Below, piece by piece: positions 47,948 to 57,959 of a stretch of 64,000 bases of DNA. Under the pieces are notes generated by a model. That model was not told the DNA's origin. It saw nothing but the letters and a program-made list of their open reading frames with translations, and made no database searches. Position numbers and translations under genes: made by a program. Every line of letters starts with the position of its first letter. The first letter of the stretch is position 1. The DNA lies in NCBI GenBank assembly GCA_963675295.2, contig CAXXKJ010000002.1, forward strand, positions 1,664,001 through 1,728,000, in the 5' to 3' direction. Source of the DNA: a bacterium (GTDB lineage: Bacteria; Electryoneota; Electryoneia; Electryoneales; Electryoneaceae).

Positions 47948-49792
47948 CTAGAAGGGCACCGACTCACCCGAATTGTTGTTGTTGCTCTTCTTGTCCTGCC
48001 TTTCGGGTAGGTCGTATGTGCCCCGCGAGACGCACACGAGAAGTCCTTCGGCAGTCATGCGTTTCAGTACCCGGCTGCAGTAGGCGTACGAAATCCCGGT
48101 CGCAGCCACGATATCGGTCAGGCACATGGCCTTCTTCTCGATCCCCAGCACGTCGATGATCTTGCGCCGGGACCCTTCGACCGACGGCTGGTCTTCGTCG
48201 ATCTGACCGGTGATCTGCCATCCGGTGTGTTCAAGTGGGTCCTCTTCGTCGATCTCACGTTTGAATTCCATCCGGTGCCGGGCTTCGTCGATATCACGAC
48301 CGGTGACAAACAATTCGGCTTCGTCAGCACCGCGCTTGCGGCGCATGACAAGGATGGTATCAGCAGCACCGGAAAGACCGAAGCTGCCACTGATCTCGAC
48401 CAGTGGATCGGCTTCGTCAGTAGCCTTGCGGGTGTGGTGGACAAGGCAGATGCAGACCTTGTGCTTCAGGGCGAGGGTCTGCAATGCGGCAGCGACTTGC
48501 GTGTCGTAGTCGTACAGCGACTGCTGTTTCTCCTGTGGTTCACGCCAGCGTCCAAAGGTGTCGATCACAATCAGCTTCGGGTTGTCGGCCTGCCGCAGCC
48601 AGTAGTCCAGCTGCGAAAGGGACGGTGCCTGCGCAATAGTAAAAAAGAGTCTTTTGAGGCTTTCCCTTTCCAGATACATCCCGCCAAGCTGTTTCATCCT
48701 GTACTGGATACGGCGTTCACTGTCTTCCAGTGACACAATCAGCACCTCGCCAGGGTCGCACTTGCCGAGCCCAAGGGCCCGCTGGCCGGAAGCGACCGCC
48801 ATGCCCATCTCAAGGGCGATCCACGACTTGCCGGACTTCGGTTTGCCCGCGAAGATGCACAATCCCTCGCAGATCAGGCCGGGCACGACCCACACCGGCG
48901 GGTCCATCACCTTTGCCATCAGATCCTGACCGCAGTACGAAGAATTCGATGGTAGCAGCTGTGCTTGCGTCGTTTCCGGTACTTCCTTGGCCCGGGTCGC
49001 GACTGGCGGAAGACTGCGGGATACCTGGGACACGATTTCTTCCAATTCTTCCGGCTTGTGACCCAGTGCGAACCAGTCGGTAACATCCTTCACCCCCTTG
49101 AACGGCGGCAGACAGAGGACAAGAGCAGCAAGAGCAACAAGACTGTCTGCTACCATCTTCTGATGTTTGAGCCCGGGCTCGTCACCATCGCAGAGCACCA
49201 CCATCTTGCGGTCCTTGAAATACGAGGCATGGTTACGACCCCACTTCCCAGCGCCGCCGTGGTTGCAGGTAGCAACAAAACCGTGCTTGCGAAGGGTCTC
49301 GACGTCCTTTTCGCCTTCGACCACGTAGATGTACTGGTCCATCGGAGCACGCAGGCACTCCGGCAGGTTGTAAGGGATCGGCTTGACCTTCTTCAGGTTC
49401 CAGACCCACTGGGATTCGTCGTCCGGGTCGATACGGCGGGCGAGGAACTTCTTCCCGGGCTTCCGCACGATCTGGTACAACAGCACATTGTCTTCGGTGT
49501 AGTAGTCGTACACCGCTTCGTAGTCTTTCGACAGACCGTACCCTAGCATCTCGGGGGTGATGCCGAGGTGCGATTCGATATCGCGGCTGTCGCATCCAGC
49601 GTGGCACTTGAACTTGATCTTGCCGAACGGGGTGACATAGACAGAAAGCGACGGGTTCTTGTCGCCGCGTCCCTTGCCGTGTGTTGGCAAAGGACAACAG
49701 CAGACAAAGCCATCGCCTTTGATGTCTCCGGGGTTCAAGCCTTCCTGTTTGCACAGGGACCAGGCGTTGAACAGGTTGTCTGTCAGGTTCAT
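47948..49792 (-). CDS. Primase-helicase: N-terminal Zn-binding domain, TOPRIM, RepA/AAA_25 helicase, C-terminal winged HTH
   Basis: 'CP...H...DKNPSLSV...CHAGC'; TOPRIM 'VVEGEKDV', 'CDGDEPG', 'KDVTDW'; Walker A 'GKPKSGKS', 'VIDT', 'HHTRK'; C-terminal HTH. Confidence 0.92.
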   Translation of the reverse strand: MNLTDNLFNAWSLCKQEGLNPGDIKGDGFVCCCPLPTHGKGRGDKNPSLSVYVTPFGKIKFKCHAGCDSRDIESHLGITPEMLGYGLSKDYEAVYDYYTEDNVLLYQIVRKPGKKFLARRIDPDDESQWVWNLKKVKPIPYNLPECLRAPMDQYIYVVEGEKDVETLRKHGFVATCNHGGAGKWGRNHASYFKDRKMVVLCDGDEPGLKHQKMVADSLVALAALVLCLPPFKGVKDVTDWFALGHKPEELEEIVSQVSRSLPPVATRAKEVPETTQAQLLPSNSSYCGQDLMAKVMDPPVWVVPGLICEGLCIFAGKPKSGKSWIALEMGMAVASGQRALGLGKCDPGEVLIVSLEDSERRIQYRMKQLGGMYLERESLKRLFFTIAQAPSLSQLDYWLRQADNPKLIVIDTFGRWREPQEKQQSLYDYDTQVAAALQTLALKHKVCICLVHHTRKATDEADPLVEISGSFGLSGAADTILVMRRKRGADEAELFVTGRDIDEARHRMEFKREIDEEDPLEHTGWQITGQIDEDQPSVEGSRRKIIDVLGIEKKAMCLTDIVAATGISYAYCSRVLKRMTAEGLLVCVSRGTYDLPERQDKKSNNNNSGESVPF

Positions 49793-49860
49793 CGGTACTC
49801 CTTTGGTTGGTGGTACTGCGGAGAGTGTGAGGACGCTGGCAGGGAGCCAGCAGGGCGTAC

Positions 49861-49889
49861 AAGATAGCGTGTTGTCTTTACGTTGTCAA
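49861..49889 (-). promoter_or_regulatory. sigma70-type promoter of the primase-helicase operon
   Basis: Minus strand TTGACA-17 nt-TATCTT, 8 bp inside the right inverted repeat. Confidence 0.7.
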
Positions 49890-49990
49890 TACCCAACAGC
49901 GCAACAACAACAATTTGCTGTTGCCGCCACCTCCCTGCGGTCGTATTTTCCCTCACTTCTGATTGGGTCCTGGTTAACGCGGAGTAGAGG

Positions 49991-52018
49991 ATGAAGACGT
50001 GGTCACTTCTTGGCGTCCTGACGCTGTTGTTTGCCACCGTGGCATTCGGACAGGCGGTCGAACGCACGCATGATATTGTCCCGGAAGACTATTTCACGCA
50101 GGTATTTCTCACCGATTGCGCGGTATCCCCGGACGGTGAGCTGACGGCATTTGTCGATTACCGTTGGGACAAGGTGAATGATCGCCGCTCGCGCGACTTG
50201 TGGGTGGTGAACAACGAGACGCTGGCGACTACGCGTCTCACGTTTGACCCGGGCAACGAGTTCAGCCCGCAGTGGTCCCCGGACAGCAAGTGGGTCTATT
50301 TCCTCGGTCACATGAGCCGTGGCGGCGACATGACCAAGGCACCGTACGATGGCAGCTCGCAGGTCTGGCGTGTCAACCCGGACGGCAACGGCCTGATGCC
50401 GGTGACCAGCGTGCCGGGCGGGATTTACGGGTACGAGCTGTCGGCGGACGGCAAAACGTTGTATTACACCCTCGCGAAAGAGATCAGCGTCGGCGAGTGG
50501 CAGGACATGAAGGCCACGTACGCCAATGTCACCTACGCCGAGGGCACGAACGAAGTCTGCGAGCTGTGGAAGCTGAACCTGGTGACGTGGCGTGCGGACA
50601 AGCTGTTCGCGCCCGAGCTGCACATCCATGAGTTTTCCGTCTCGCCGAACGAGCAGAAGGTTGCGATGATCACTACCGAGAGCGGCAAACTGATCGAGCT
50701 CGAGGGGTGGTCCAATGTGACGATCTACGATGCCGAGACCGGCGACTCGTATGACCTGTACGACCAATTGTGGCGTGACGATGCGCCGTCCCCGCACGGG
50801 TGGCTCGGCGAACCAACGTGGAACGATTCCGGCAACAAGCTGGCGTTCACCGTCGACTTTGACGGCTATCCGGCCGAGGTAATTGTCTCCGACTTTTCGG
50901 AACGTGCGGCGAATCTGATGCGCATGCCGCGTCCGGAGATGGTGCACGTCGCCGGGCATATCCACTGGCTGCCGGAGAGTGACGAGGAGATTGCGTTTGT
51001 CGGGCACAACCTCGCCCGTCAGCGGGTCTACAGCGTGGAGCTGGGTACCGGTGACTACAAGACGTTGACCAACGGCGACGTGGTCATCGACAACTTCGGG
51101 TTCACCGGTGACGGGGAAGATCTGGTCGCGATCCAGAGCACGTTGACCTACTACCAGGATCTCGTCTACTACAAGGGCAACAAGTCAACGCGGATCACGA
51201 AGCTGAATCCGCAGGTGGACACATGGAAGCTTCCGCAGATCCAGATCGTCGAGTGGGAAGGTGCGAACGGCGACATGGTCTCCGGCATTCTTGAGCTTCC
51301 GCCGGACTATGAGCCGGGCCAGAAGCTGCCGCTGCATCTCACGTTGCACGGTGGCCCGACCGTTGCCGAACCGTATTGCTTCCAGTTGTGGATTTACGGA
51401 CGCGCGTCCTTCGCCGCCAAGGGCTGGGCGATGCTGTCGCCGAATTATCGTGGCTCGCTGGGGTACGGTGACGAGTTCCTCACCGACCTGATCGGTCACG
51501 AGAACGATTGGGACGTGAAGGACATCATGGCCGGCGTTGACTATCTCATCGCGGAAGGTATTGTCGACGAGGACAAGATGGGTGTCAGCGGCTGGAGTAA
51601 CGGCGGATTCCTGACCAACGCGCTGATCGCGTCGAACCGTTTCAAGGCGGCGAGCACCGGCGCTGGTGTGCTTGACATGACGATGCAGCTGGTGATGGAG
51701 GATACTCCTGGCCACGTGGTCAACTTCATGCAGTCGTTGCCGTGGGAGAATCCGGAAGCGTACATCCACGGATCCCCGATCTTCACGTTCCACGATGGCA
51801 TCAAGACGGCGGTGTTGATCCACGTCGGCGAAAATGATCCGCGAGTTCCGCCCGCGCACAGTGTCGGCCTGCATCGCATGCTGAAGCATTACCTCGGCGT
51901 CAACAGCGAATTGATCATCTACCCGGGTGCCGGTCACAACCTGACCAAGTACACGCACCGTCTCGCGAAAGCGAAGTGGGACCACGCGTGGTTCGACAAA
52001 TACGTGCTCGGGAAGTAA
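49991..52018 (+). CDS. S9 family (prolyl oligopeptidase/acylaminoacyl) peptidase
   Basis: Signal peptide, PD40-like propeller, 'HGGP', 'NYRGS', nucleophile 'GWSNGG', 'DPRV', 'GH'. Confidence 0.93.
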   Translation: MKTWSLLGVLTLLFATVAFGQAVERTHDIVPEDYFTQVFLTDCAVSPDGELTAFVDYRWDKVNDRRSRDLWVVNNETLATTRLTFDPGNEFSPQWSPDSKWVYFLGHMSRGGDMTKAPYDGSSQVWRVNPDGNGLMPVTSVPGGIYGYELSADGKTLYYTLAKEISVGEWQDMKATYANVTYAEGTNEVCELWKLNLVTWRADKLFAPELHIHEFSVSPNEQKVAMITTESGKLIELEGWSNVTIYDAETGDSYDLYDQLWRDDAPSPHGWLGEPTWNDSGNKLAFTVDFDGYPAEVIVSDFSERAANLMRMPRPEMVHVAGHIHWLPESDEEIAFVGHNLARQRVYSVELGTGDYKTLTNGDVVIDNFGFTGDGEDLVAIQSTLTYYQDLVYYKGNKSTRITKLNPQVDTWKLPQIQIVEWEGANGDMVSGILELPPDYEPGQKLPLHLTLHGGPTVAEPYCFQLWIYGRASFAAKGWAMLSPNYRGSLGYGDEFLTDLIGHENDWDVKDIMAGVDYLIAEGIVDEDKMGVSGWSNGGFLTNALIASNRFKAASTGAGVLDMTMQLVMEDTPGHVVNFMQSLPWENPEAYIHGSPIFTFHDGIKTAVLIHVGENDPRVPPAHSVGLHRMLKHYLGVNSELIIYPGAGHNLTKYTHRLAKAKWDHAWFDKYVLGK

Positions 52019-52056
52019 CGCGGCGACGTGTACAGGATTGCGTTCTGAACCGTCTG

Positions 52057-52088
52057 ACGGCCCGGATTTCACACTCCGGGCCGTTTTC
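52057..52088 (+). terminator. Rho-independent terminator
   Basis: ACGGCCCGGA...TCCGGGCCGT followed by TTT. Confidence 0.7.
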
Positions 52089-52267
52089 CGTGTTGGCGGC
52101 TATAAGCCGTGATCGTATATTGCGAATCCAATTGCGGCACCCCTCCCCCGGAAATCCCTCAAAGCCTTGTCCAATCTTTCACAGGGTAAGGAGTTAGCTT
52201 GTGACAAACGTTTCTTAAGCGTACATTGCTACAGATTGTGTGGACAAACGCGACCTGAGGTGAGCCA

Positions 52268-54514
52268 ATGGCGCCCACTGCTGCCCGGAAAGAACCGAAC
52301 TCCAAATCCGGACGTCGGTTTTCCGTGCTGAATCTCCTTCCCTTTCTGGGTTGGTTCAAGGGGTATACGGTAGGCAAGCTGCGACTCGATTTTATCTCGG
52401 GGTTGACAGTTGCGCTTGTTCTCATTCCACAGTCGATGGCGTACGCGCAGCTGGCGGATTTGCCAGCGTACTACGGCTTGTACGCAGCCTTCCTCCCGCC
52501 GGTCATCGCGGCGCTCTGGGGATCCAGCCATCAACTTGCCACGGGTCCGGTTGCGATTGTATCGCTGATGACCTCGACCGCGCTGGCGCCGATGGCGACA
52601 GCCGGCAGCGAGAGTTTCATCATGTATGCGATTCTGCTCGCTGTCACGGTCGGCCTGTTCCAGTTTTTCCTCGGTGTGTTCCGGCTCGGGATGGTGGTCA
52701 ATTTCCTTTCGCATCCGGTGGTGAATGGTTTCACCAACGCCGCCGCGATCATCATCGCCACCTCGCAGCTGTCGAAACTGTTCGGCGTGAACGTTGACAA
52801 GGCCGAGCATCATTACGAGACGATCTACCGTGTCGTGATTGCGGCGTTCCATCACACGCACTGGCCCACGCTCGGCCTCGCGGTGCTGGCTTTCGCGATC
52901 ATGATCATCCTGCGGCAGATTGATCGCCGCATTCCGAATGTGCTCATCGCGGTGGTGGTGACCACGATCATCTCCTGGGCGATCGGGTTTGAACAGAACA
53001 TTCACATTTGCGAATCAGCGATTGTTTCCGGAGACGTTCACGAGCAGATCGACGCATACAACTCGACATTGAACCAGATCGACAGCCTGATGACGGAACG
53101 AATTGCGATCAGTTCGCAAATTCGTGAGGCCGAATCGACCTATGGCAAGAACTCGGAAGAGATCATCGAGCTGGAATCGCAGCGGGCGAAGTATGACGTC
53201 AAGGTTAACCGCTTGCGTGAACTCGCGAGCGAACATCGTGCAGAGATTCGCGAATACCGCCTGGTTCGAACCGCCGCCGAAGCTGAAACGTTCATCCGCG
53301 CCGCCACCCGGGAGAAGGACCCGGTCTCCGGCCATCACTGGAAGCTGCGTGTCGGCAACCGGCAGTTGAACGTGGAGGATTTGACGCTTGTCGGTGGGGG
53401 GGATGTCGTCGGGGTTATCCCACGCGGCTTGCCGTCAATTACGGTACCCAAGTTTGACTGGGTGATCATGGTGCAGTTGCTGCCGATGGCGATTGTGATT
53501 TCGCTGCTTGGGTTCATGGAAGCGATTTCAATTGCCAAGGCGATGGCGGCGCGCACTGGCCAGCGACTCGACCCAAACCAGGAGTTGATCGGGCAGGGGC
53601 TGGCGAACATGGTCGGCGCATTCAGCCTCAGTTACCCGGTATCGGGCTCGTTCTCGCGTTCGGCGGTCAACCTGCAGGCGGGCGCGGCGACCGGTCTTTC
53701 GAGCGCGTTCAGCAGCATCGTGGTGATGGTCACGCTGCTGTTCTTCACGCCGCTGTTGTATCACCTTCCGCAGTCAGTGCTGGCGGCGATCATCATGATG
53801 GCGGTGATCGGTCTGGTCAACGTCAGCGGGTTCATTCACGCGTGGAAGGCACAGAAGTTCGACGGCGTCATCTCGATTATCACCTTCGTGCTGACGTTGC
53901 TGTTCGCGCCGCACCTGGACAAGGGGATCATCGTTGGTGTGTTGCTGTCGCTGGTGCTGTACCTGCTGCGCAACATGAAGCCGAGCATTGCGATGCTTTC
54001 CCGCACGGCGGACGGCCACTACCGCAACGCCGAACGTTGGGACCTGAAGTTGTGCAAGCATGTCGCGGCGGTACGGTTCAACAACTCGCTCATCTTCGCC
54101 AACGTTAATTATCTCGAAGACAAGATCATGGACGTGGTGATGCAGATGCCGGAGTTGAAGCACATCATCATCGTCGGTAACGGGATGAACGAGCTGGATG
54201 CGTCCGGTGAGGTAACCATCTCGAAACTTGTCACACAGCTTCGTGAGAAGAAAATCGAGATTTCATTCTCCGGGTTGAACGATCACGTGATGGACGTGTT
54301 GCATCGAACTCACCTGTATGAAAAGATCGGCAAGGAACATTTCTACCTGAGTCTCACCCAGGCGATTGAGACGATTCACAAGGGAACGTGCATCGCGACT
54401 GGCGCGATGGATTGCCCCTTGATCATCGGCAGCTTCAAGGCGTTCGAAATCGCGGAAGAGTTCAAGCACGAGGTGCACGGTTCGCCCCTCGGTATGAAGA
54501 AGCCGAAGTCATAA
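52268..54514 (+). CDS. SulP/SLC26 anion transporter with STAS domain and large soluble insertion
   Basis: 'LIPQSMAYA', 'GPVAIVSL', 'NQELIGQG', 'SFSRSAVN', STAS 'LDASG'. Confidence 0.93.
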   Translation: MAPTAARKEPNSKSGRRFSVLNLLPFLGWFKGYTVGKLRLDFISGLTVALVLIPQSMAYAQLADLPAYYGLYAAFLPPVIAALWGSSHQLATGPVAIVSLMTSTALAPMATAGSESFIMYAILLAVTVGLFQFFLGVFRLGMVVNFLSHPVVNGFTNAAAIIIATSQLSKLFGVNVDKAEHHYETIYRVVIAAFHHTHWPTLGLAVLAFAIMIILRQIDRRIPNVLIAVVVTTIISWAIGFEQNIHICESAIVSGDVHEQIDAYNSTLNQIDSLMTERIAISSQIREAESTYGKNSEEIIELESQRAKYDVKVNRLRELASEHRAEIREYRLVRTAAEAETFIRAATREKDPVSGHHWKLRVGNRQLNVEDLTLVGGGDVVGVIPRGLPSITVPKFDWVIMVQLLPMAIVISLLGFMEAISIAKAMAARTGQRLDPNQELIGQGLANMVGAFSLSYPVSGSFSRSAVNLQAGAATGLSSAFSSIVVMVTLLFFTPLLYHLPQSVLAAIIMMAVIGLVNVSGFIHAWKAQKFDGVISIITFVLTLLFAPHLDKGIIVGVLLSLVLYLLRNMKPSIAMLSRTADGHYRNAERWDLKLCKHVAAVRFNNSLIFANVNYLEDKIMDVVMQMPELKHIIIVGNGMNELDASGEVTISKLVTQLREKKIEISFSGLNDHVMDVLHRTHLYEKIGKEHFYLSLTQAIETIHKGTCIATGAMDCPLIIGSFKAFEIAEEFKHEVHGSPLGMKKPKS

Positions 54515-54580
54515 GTACATTGGGATACGTGGCAGGTCTGGTTTGCACGCAGGCTACCCCCAGCCCGGAAGGAGTTGAGG

Positions 54581-55801
54581 ATGGCGATAGTATCGATTTT
54601 CAGCGGTCCGTTCTGCCATGGTGACGATGTTGTCACCCTGATCACGGAGGAACTGGGGTACCGTCGTATCGAGACGGACGTGCTGGATCTGGCGGCCCGG
54701 GAATTCAGTGTGTCGAAAGACAAGCTGGTCAATGCGATGGCCGGGTCGGCGTCGTTTTTCGACCGGTTCACCAAGGACCGGGAGAAGCACATTGCGTACA
54801 TCCGGTATGCTCTCGCGCAGCTGGTTCAGGACGACAACGTTATCCACCATGGGTTCGCCGGGCACCTGATCCCGCGCAGCTTGAGCCATGTGCTTCGGGT
54901 GTGCCTCATCGCCAACCACGAGTACCGGGTCAAGGTCGCGATGGAAGAGTCCAACGTCGGTGAAAAGCAGGCGGCGGACCTCGTGCAGAAGATGGACAAG
55001 AAGCGGGCGCAGTGGACGCAGTACGTCAACAACCAGTCGCCGTACGATCCGGACGAGTACGACCTGCTGCTGGCGATGCACGACCTGACGGTTGAAGAGG
55101 CGGCGAGCAAGGTGCTGCTGACGGCGGGCAGTGATGCGTTGCGCACCACCGACGCCAGCAAGCAGGCGGCGGTCAACTTCCTGCTTGCGGCGAAGGTGCA
55201 CGTTGCGCTGGCGGAAAAGGGGCACCTGGTCGATGTCCAGGCGGACAACGGCGCGGTGACCATCGCGATCAACAAGTACACCGCTCGTCTGGAAACGTTG
55301 CAGAAGCAGTTGCAGGAGATCGCGCTTGGCATTGACGGTGTGCGTTCCGCGAAGAGCATCCCGGGAATCGGGTTTGTGCCACCCTCGCTGATGCCGAAAA
55401 TGGACCTGCCGAAGAAAGCACTGCTGGTGGATGACGAGGTGGAATTTGTCCACAGCCTGTCCGAACGGCTGGAAACGCGACAGCTGGATTCGTCCGTTGT
55501 CTATGACGGCGAGCAGGCGCTGGAGTATATCCGTAGCGAACAGCCGGATGTGATTGTGCTTGACCTCAAGATGCCGGGCATTGACGGAATCGAGGTGCTG
55601 CGGCGGGTGAAGCAGGATTACCCGGAAGTCGAGGTGATCATACTGACCGGCCACGGGTCTGACCGTGAAGAGCAGATTACGCGGGAGCTGGGCGCGTTTG
55701 CCTACCTGACAAAACCTGTGAATATCGAGGTGTTGGCGGACGCGATGAAGGCGGCGTACGGCAAGGCCGCCCGAAACCTTGCGGGCAGCGATGACGACTG
55801 A
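54581..55801 (+). CDS. Cytidylate-kinase-like domain / BON-like / C-terminal receiver domain protein
   Basis: N-terminal 'AIVSIFSGPFCHG', 'HVLRVCLIA', 'YDL'; REC 'LLVDDE...VLDLKMPG...LTGHG...KP'. Confidence 0.85.
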   Translation: MAIVSIFSGPFCHGDDVVTLITEELGYRRIETDVLDLAAREFSVSKDKLVNAMAGSASFFDRFTKDREKHIAYIRYALAQLVQDDNVIHHGFAGHLIPRSLSHVLRVCLIANHEYRVKVAMEESNVGEKQAADLVQKMDKKRAQWTQYVNNQSPYDPDEYDLLLAMHDLTVEEAASKVLLTAGSDALRTTDASKQAAVNFLLAAKVHVALAEKGHLVDVQADNGAVTIAINKYTARLETLQKQLQEIALGIDGVRSAKSIPGIGFVPPSLMPKMDLPKKALLVDDEVEFVHSLSERLETRQLDSSVVYDGEQALEYIRSEQPDVIVLDLKMPGIDGIEVLRRVKQDYPEVEVIILTGHGSDREEQITRELGAFAYLTKPVNIEVLADAMKAAYGKAARNLAGSDDD

Positions 55802-57563
55802 ACAGAGCACCGTGGAGAAGATGGCGGCGTCGGTAGCGGATAAGGACGTCCGTCCAGCCAACTTCTTCATGCAGATGATCCTGCCGCGCCGTTACCTGAA
55901 GCGCGCGGACCGGATCAAGGACTTGCGGCGGTACCGCCGACTGTGGTGGTACACGCTCCTGCTCACTCTGTTCGTTGCCTACCTGCCGCTGTTCGTGATG
56001 ACCGGCGTGAACTACTATATGTATGGCAATAACGTCACCGCCGAATACCGCTACGACATCTCACGCAGCCTGTTCAACGTGTCTCGCTCGCTGGAGTTCG
56101 TGATCGAGGAACGGCTGTCCGTGCTCGAATTGATCACCCACGAAAAGACGGACGCGGAGCTGCTCGACCACACCGACCTGGCCGTCACACTCAGCCACCT
56201 GAAGGAAACATTCGGCGGGTTTGTCGACCTCGGGGTGATCGATCATGAGGGCCGGCAACTGACGTACGTCGGCCCGTACCAGCTGGAAGGCGTGGACTAC
56301 ACTGACCAGGTGTCGTACCAACAGGCGGTGGTGCGCGGGGCGTGCGTCACGGAGGTGTTCATGGGGCACCGGAACGTGCCCCACTTCGCGATCACGGTGA
56401 AGAAGGACACGCCCGGCGGGCAGTTTTACGTGCTGCGTGCGACGATCGACATGGAAATGTTGACCCGGATGATCTATACGCAGACGATGAAGCATTCGGA
56501 CGACATTTTCATCCTCAGCCATTCCGGAATTCTGCAGACACCGTCCCGGTCGCACGGCAACCTGCTCGAACCGGCAAACATTGAGGTGCCACCCTATTCG
56601 CAGAACGGGGAAGTGATCGAGAACGTCGACGAATCGGGTACGGTTCTCGGCTACAGCTACATTGAGGATACGCCGTTCATCCTGATGATCACCAAGGAAC
56701 AGGGTGATGTGTTCGACATGTGGCTCGGCGATCAGACCGAACTGATTGTCTTCCTCGTGCTCAGTGGGTTCCTGATTCTGCTCGTGGTGTTGTGGTCATC
56801 GACGCAGATGGTGCGGCAGATCCGGCAGGGCGACCAGCGGCGGGTCTCGATGCTGATGAATGTTGAGTACACGAACAAGATGGCAACCATTGGCCGGCTG
56901 GCAGCGTCGGTCGCGCATGAGATCAACAACCCGCTCGCGATCATCAACGAAAAGGCCGGTTTGCTGCTGGACATGGCCAATTACATCGATGATTTCCCGG
57001 AGCGGGACAAGACGGTCGCGGCGTTGCAGTCGATCATCCGTTCGGTGGAACGCGGCGGGGATGTGACCCATCGGCTGCTGGCGTTTACGCGCAAGATGGA
57101 ATCGCGATTCGAACCGCTCGATCTGCGGGATGTTCTGTCGGAGGTGATCAGTTTCCTTGAAAAGGAGGCGCGCCATCGCAACATCCAGATCTACCGGGAC
57201 TTTGCGGAGCATGTCCCGCCGATCGAAAGCGACCGCGGGCAGTTGCAGCAGATTTTCCTGAACATCGTCAACAACGCCTTTGCCGCGGTGCCGGACAGCG
57301 GCAAGGTGCGACTGGTGGTCGAACCGCAGGACCACCATCATGTGCGGGTGCAGATCGAGGATAACGGCACCGGGATCTCACCGGAGAACCTGAAGCACAT
57401 TTTCGAACCATTTTTCTCGACACGCGGCGACTTCGGCACCGGCCTCGGGCTGTCGATTACCTACGGCCTGGTCAACAAGCTCGGCGGAACAGTCAATGTG
57501 GAATCCGAGCTCGGCGAGGGGACAACGTTCACCATCGTCCTGCCGACGACGCGTCCGGAATAA
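55791..57563 (+). CDS. Sensor histidine kinase (Cache-like input, NtrB-type core)
   Basis: Two TM segments, 'VAHEINNPL', 'EDNGTGI', 'FEPFFST', 'GTGLGL'. Confidence 0.93.
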   Translation: MTTEQSTVEKMAASVADKDVRPANFFMQMILPRRYLKRADRIKDLRRYRRLWWYTLLLTLFVAYLPLFVMTGVNYYMYGNNVTAEYRYDISRSLFNVSRSLEFVIEERLSVLELITHEKTDAELLDHTDLAVTLSHLKETFGGFVDLGVIDHEGRQLTYVGPYQLEGVDYTDQVSYQQAVVRGACVTEVFMGHRNVPHFAITVKKDTPGGQFYVLRATIDMEMLTRMIYTQTMKHSDDIFILSHSGILQTPSRSHGNLLEPANIEVPPYSQNGEVIENVDESGTVLGYSYIEDTPFILMITKEQGDVFDMWLGDQTELIVFLVLSGFLILLVVLWSSTQMVRQIRQGDQRRVSMLMNVEYTNKMATIGRLAASVAHEINNPLAIINEKAGLLLDMANYIDDFPERDKTVAALQSIIRSVERGGDVTHRLLAFTRKMESRFEPLDLRDVLSEVISFLEKEARHRNIQIYRDFAEHVPPIESDRGQLQQIFLNIVNNAFAAVPDSGKVRLVVEPQDHHHVRVQIEDNGTGISPENLKHIFEPFFSTRGDFGTGLGLSITYGLVNKLGGTVNVESELGEGTTFTIVLPTTRPE

Positions 57564-57575
57564 CGGAGGTCAGCC

Positions 57576-57941
57576 ATGGATAAACCGAGAGTCTTGTTAA
57601 TCGACGATGAGGAGGAGTTGGTTCACACCCTCGTCGAACGGCTGGCCTACCGGAACATCGAAGCCGTCGCCGAGATGGACGGCCACAGCGCGCTGGAACG
57701 GATCACGACCGAACAGTTCGACGTCGTGATCGCGGATCTGAAGATGCCCGGCCTCAGTGGCATGGAGGTGGTGGAGATTCTGCGGGAACGGTATCCGCAT
57801 GTAAAAATCCTGTTGATCACCGGTCATGGACGGCTGGACGAAGAGATCGAGATGGACATTGAGGGAGTGCACGAGGTGCTGATCAAACCGTTCAAGATCG
57901 ACAACCTGGTCGCCTCGATTCACCAGGCGCTGGCGAGCTGA
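57576..57941 (+). CDS. Single-domain response regulator
   Basis: 'LLIDDE', 'ADLKMPG', 'ITGHG', 'KPF'. Confidence 0.92.
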   Translation: MDKPRVLLIDDEEELVHTLVERLAYRNIEAVAEMDGHSALERITTEQFDVVIADLKMPGLSGMEVVEILRERYPHVKILLITGHGRLDEEIEMDIEGVHEVLIKPFKIDNLVASIHQALAS

Positions 57942-57959
57942 GCGAGGGATGTATTGACG

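Larger units (their letters stand above)
46711..49915. mobile_element. Putative 3.2 kb inverted-repeat-bounded primase-helicase element lacking a recombinase
   Basis: Perfect 18 bp inverted repeat AATTGTTGTTGTTGCGCT (46711-46728) / AGCGCAACAACAACAATT (49898-49915) enclosing four co-oriented genes and a promoter. Confidence 0.7.
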
